This document shows positions 62,733 through 64,000 of a DNA stretch of 64,000 bases, piece by piece. The notes beneath the pieces are model-generated. The model saw only the letters and a list, made by a program, of their open reading frames with translations, was not told where the DNA came from and made no database searches. The stretch comes from Zootoca vivipara (lineage: Eukaryota): positions 33,356,001 through 33,420,000 of the forward strand of contig NC_083280.1 in assembly GCF_963506605.1 (NCBI RefSeq), written 5' to 3'. How positions within the stretch are numbered: the first letter of the stretch is position 1; every line of letters begins with the position of its first letter. The position numbers and the translations under genes were made by a program.

Positions 62733-64000
62733 CCCAAAAGACAGGGACAAAGGCAACGTTGAAGCACATTCTTAGAGAAGAAAAGGTGAAGCCCCACCTT
62801 ACTTTCTTAGAGGAACCTGGGATCCTCTTTATTTTCTTCGTACATACCATGAATTGTATCCAGCTAAGTCCTAATCAGAGAAGACTCATTGATTTTAATG
62901 TGTCTAAGTTAGCCATAGTCATCCATTTTAATAATAGTTCTGCAACAGGTAAACAACAGTTTCCAGGATTCAGGCGTGTGCGTGCTTTAAATGTATGGCA
63001 TATACATAACTATTATTTCTGCCCAACCTGCAGGAAAGCATTAATGGAAGCTCCAGAGCTTCCTTGCTTTGAACGGAGAGCATCCCAGAGCTTCCTAGTA
63101 TTCCCTGGTGCCTATACCGTCTCTGTGGGTTCCAACAGGAGACTGGCAGGATGGATTCTGAATAAGACAGAGAAGCATGAGGAGTACAATTTTGGCCTCA
63201 TTTTTGACACATTCAAAATGGTTGCTTGTAAAAAAGAGAGGTATAGAAACTGTGTTTGGATGTAAGGGGTTGATGTGTGGTATGTAATATTCTGCAGTTA
63301 TTGTAATCCTGGCCTTGTAGCATCGCCCCTCCTCCACACCAAATTAGCATGCTTGTTCCATTTTACACACAGAGGGAGGAATAAAAAGGCAACATATCTC
63401 TTCTTCACAATTTTATGCACCTTCTCTTTTTACAGATGGCTTACAAGTGTTGAGGTTCTCTGTGCTAGTGTAACCTTTCCATTAAAGATCCCACTGTTGA
63501 CAAGGAGAAAGGAATTCATGAATTTACGATTCAGTCCATCCGTATCGTTTCTCATGATATTTATGCAGACCGGGATGAGATGCTATTCTAGCACTGACCT
63601 TAGCCACTCTATTATCCTGGAAAATGTTGCTGCACCTGTTGCCAATTTTAAAATGAGCAGTGGGACTGTTCTAAAAACACACACACTGCTCAGTTTCTCA
63701 GCTCTCTGTAACTCTCTCACACATACTCACAGATTTACAAGACCATCAAAGGAAAGATTTCTTCACCCTTGCCTGTATGTGTTTGGGTGTGCCCCCCCCC
63801 CAAGACAGAGCTAATTCCTCCTTTATTGGCAAGCTAAACTAAATGTAGCAAAATTACGAATCACTCAATGCTAGCAGAATGGATCAAATAAACCCTAGGC
63901 TACAATCCCATGTCCCGTTTGAACAGCATGTGATTTACTTTTGAGTAAACATCCATTGGATTGGATGGTGAAGCAAAAACAACACAGGATGTGATGGGGT

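Noticed and set aside
62729-63814. Plus-strand 178- and 179-aa ORFs and an acceptor-like site at ~63435
   Set aside because: No domain similarity or coding-like composition; cannot support a divergent gene

Overview
Vertebrate genomic DNA, most likely from a squamate reptile (lacertid-type Sauria SINEs with ACCTTT tails, plus squamate CR1, L2, L1, hAT and Penelope families). A CpG island at about 55.5-56.9 kb holds the first coding exon of a minus-strand gene: 64 nt encoding a signal peptide (MRQCWEWALLLCGVGSLLAAK) and ending in a phase-1 GTAAGT donor. I could not identify a convincing exon 2, so most of 1-56,166 appears to be a very long, transposon-rich first intron. The gene identity is not established; there is only a weak resemblance to FLT1 exon 1. 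The most distinctive content is five insertions of one Penelope-like retroelement (PLE) group. Three carry complete minimal hammerhead-ribozyme motifs, all have 12-14 bp target-site duplications (TSDs) and share a fixed internal end point, and they show tandem, inverted and fully palindromic architectures. Also present: a young non-autonomous Helitron carrying a 129-bp double-hairpin GC-rich tandem array, a 1.4-kb ORF2-less L1-like insert nested in a SINE, an endonuclease-only LINE remnant, several hAT and Tc1/mariner MITEs with clean TSDs, CR1/L2/L1 fragments, a solo LTR, microsatellites and two assembly gaps. Nearly all ORFs in the supplied track are spurious or TE-derived.
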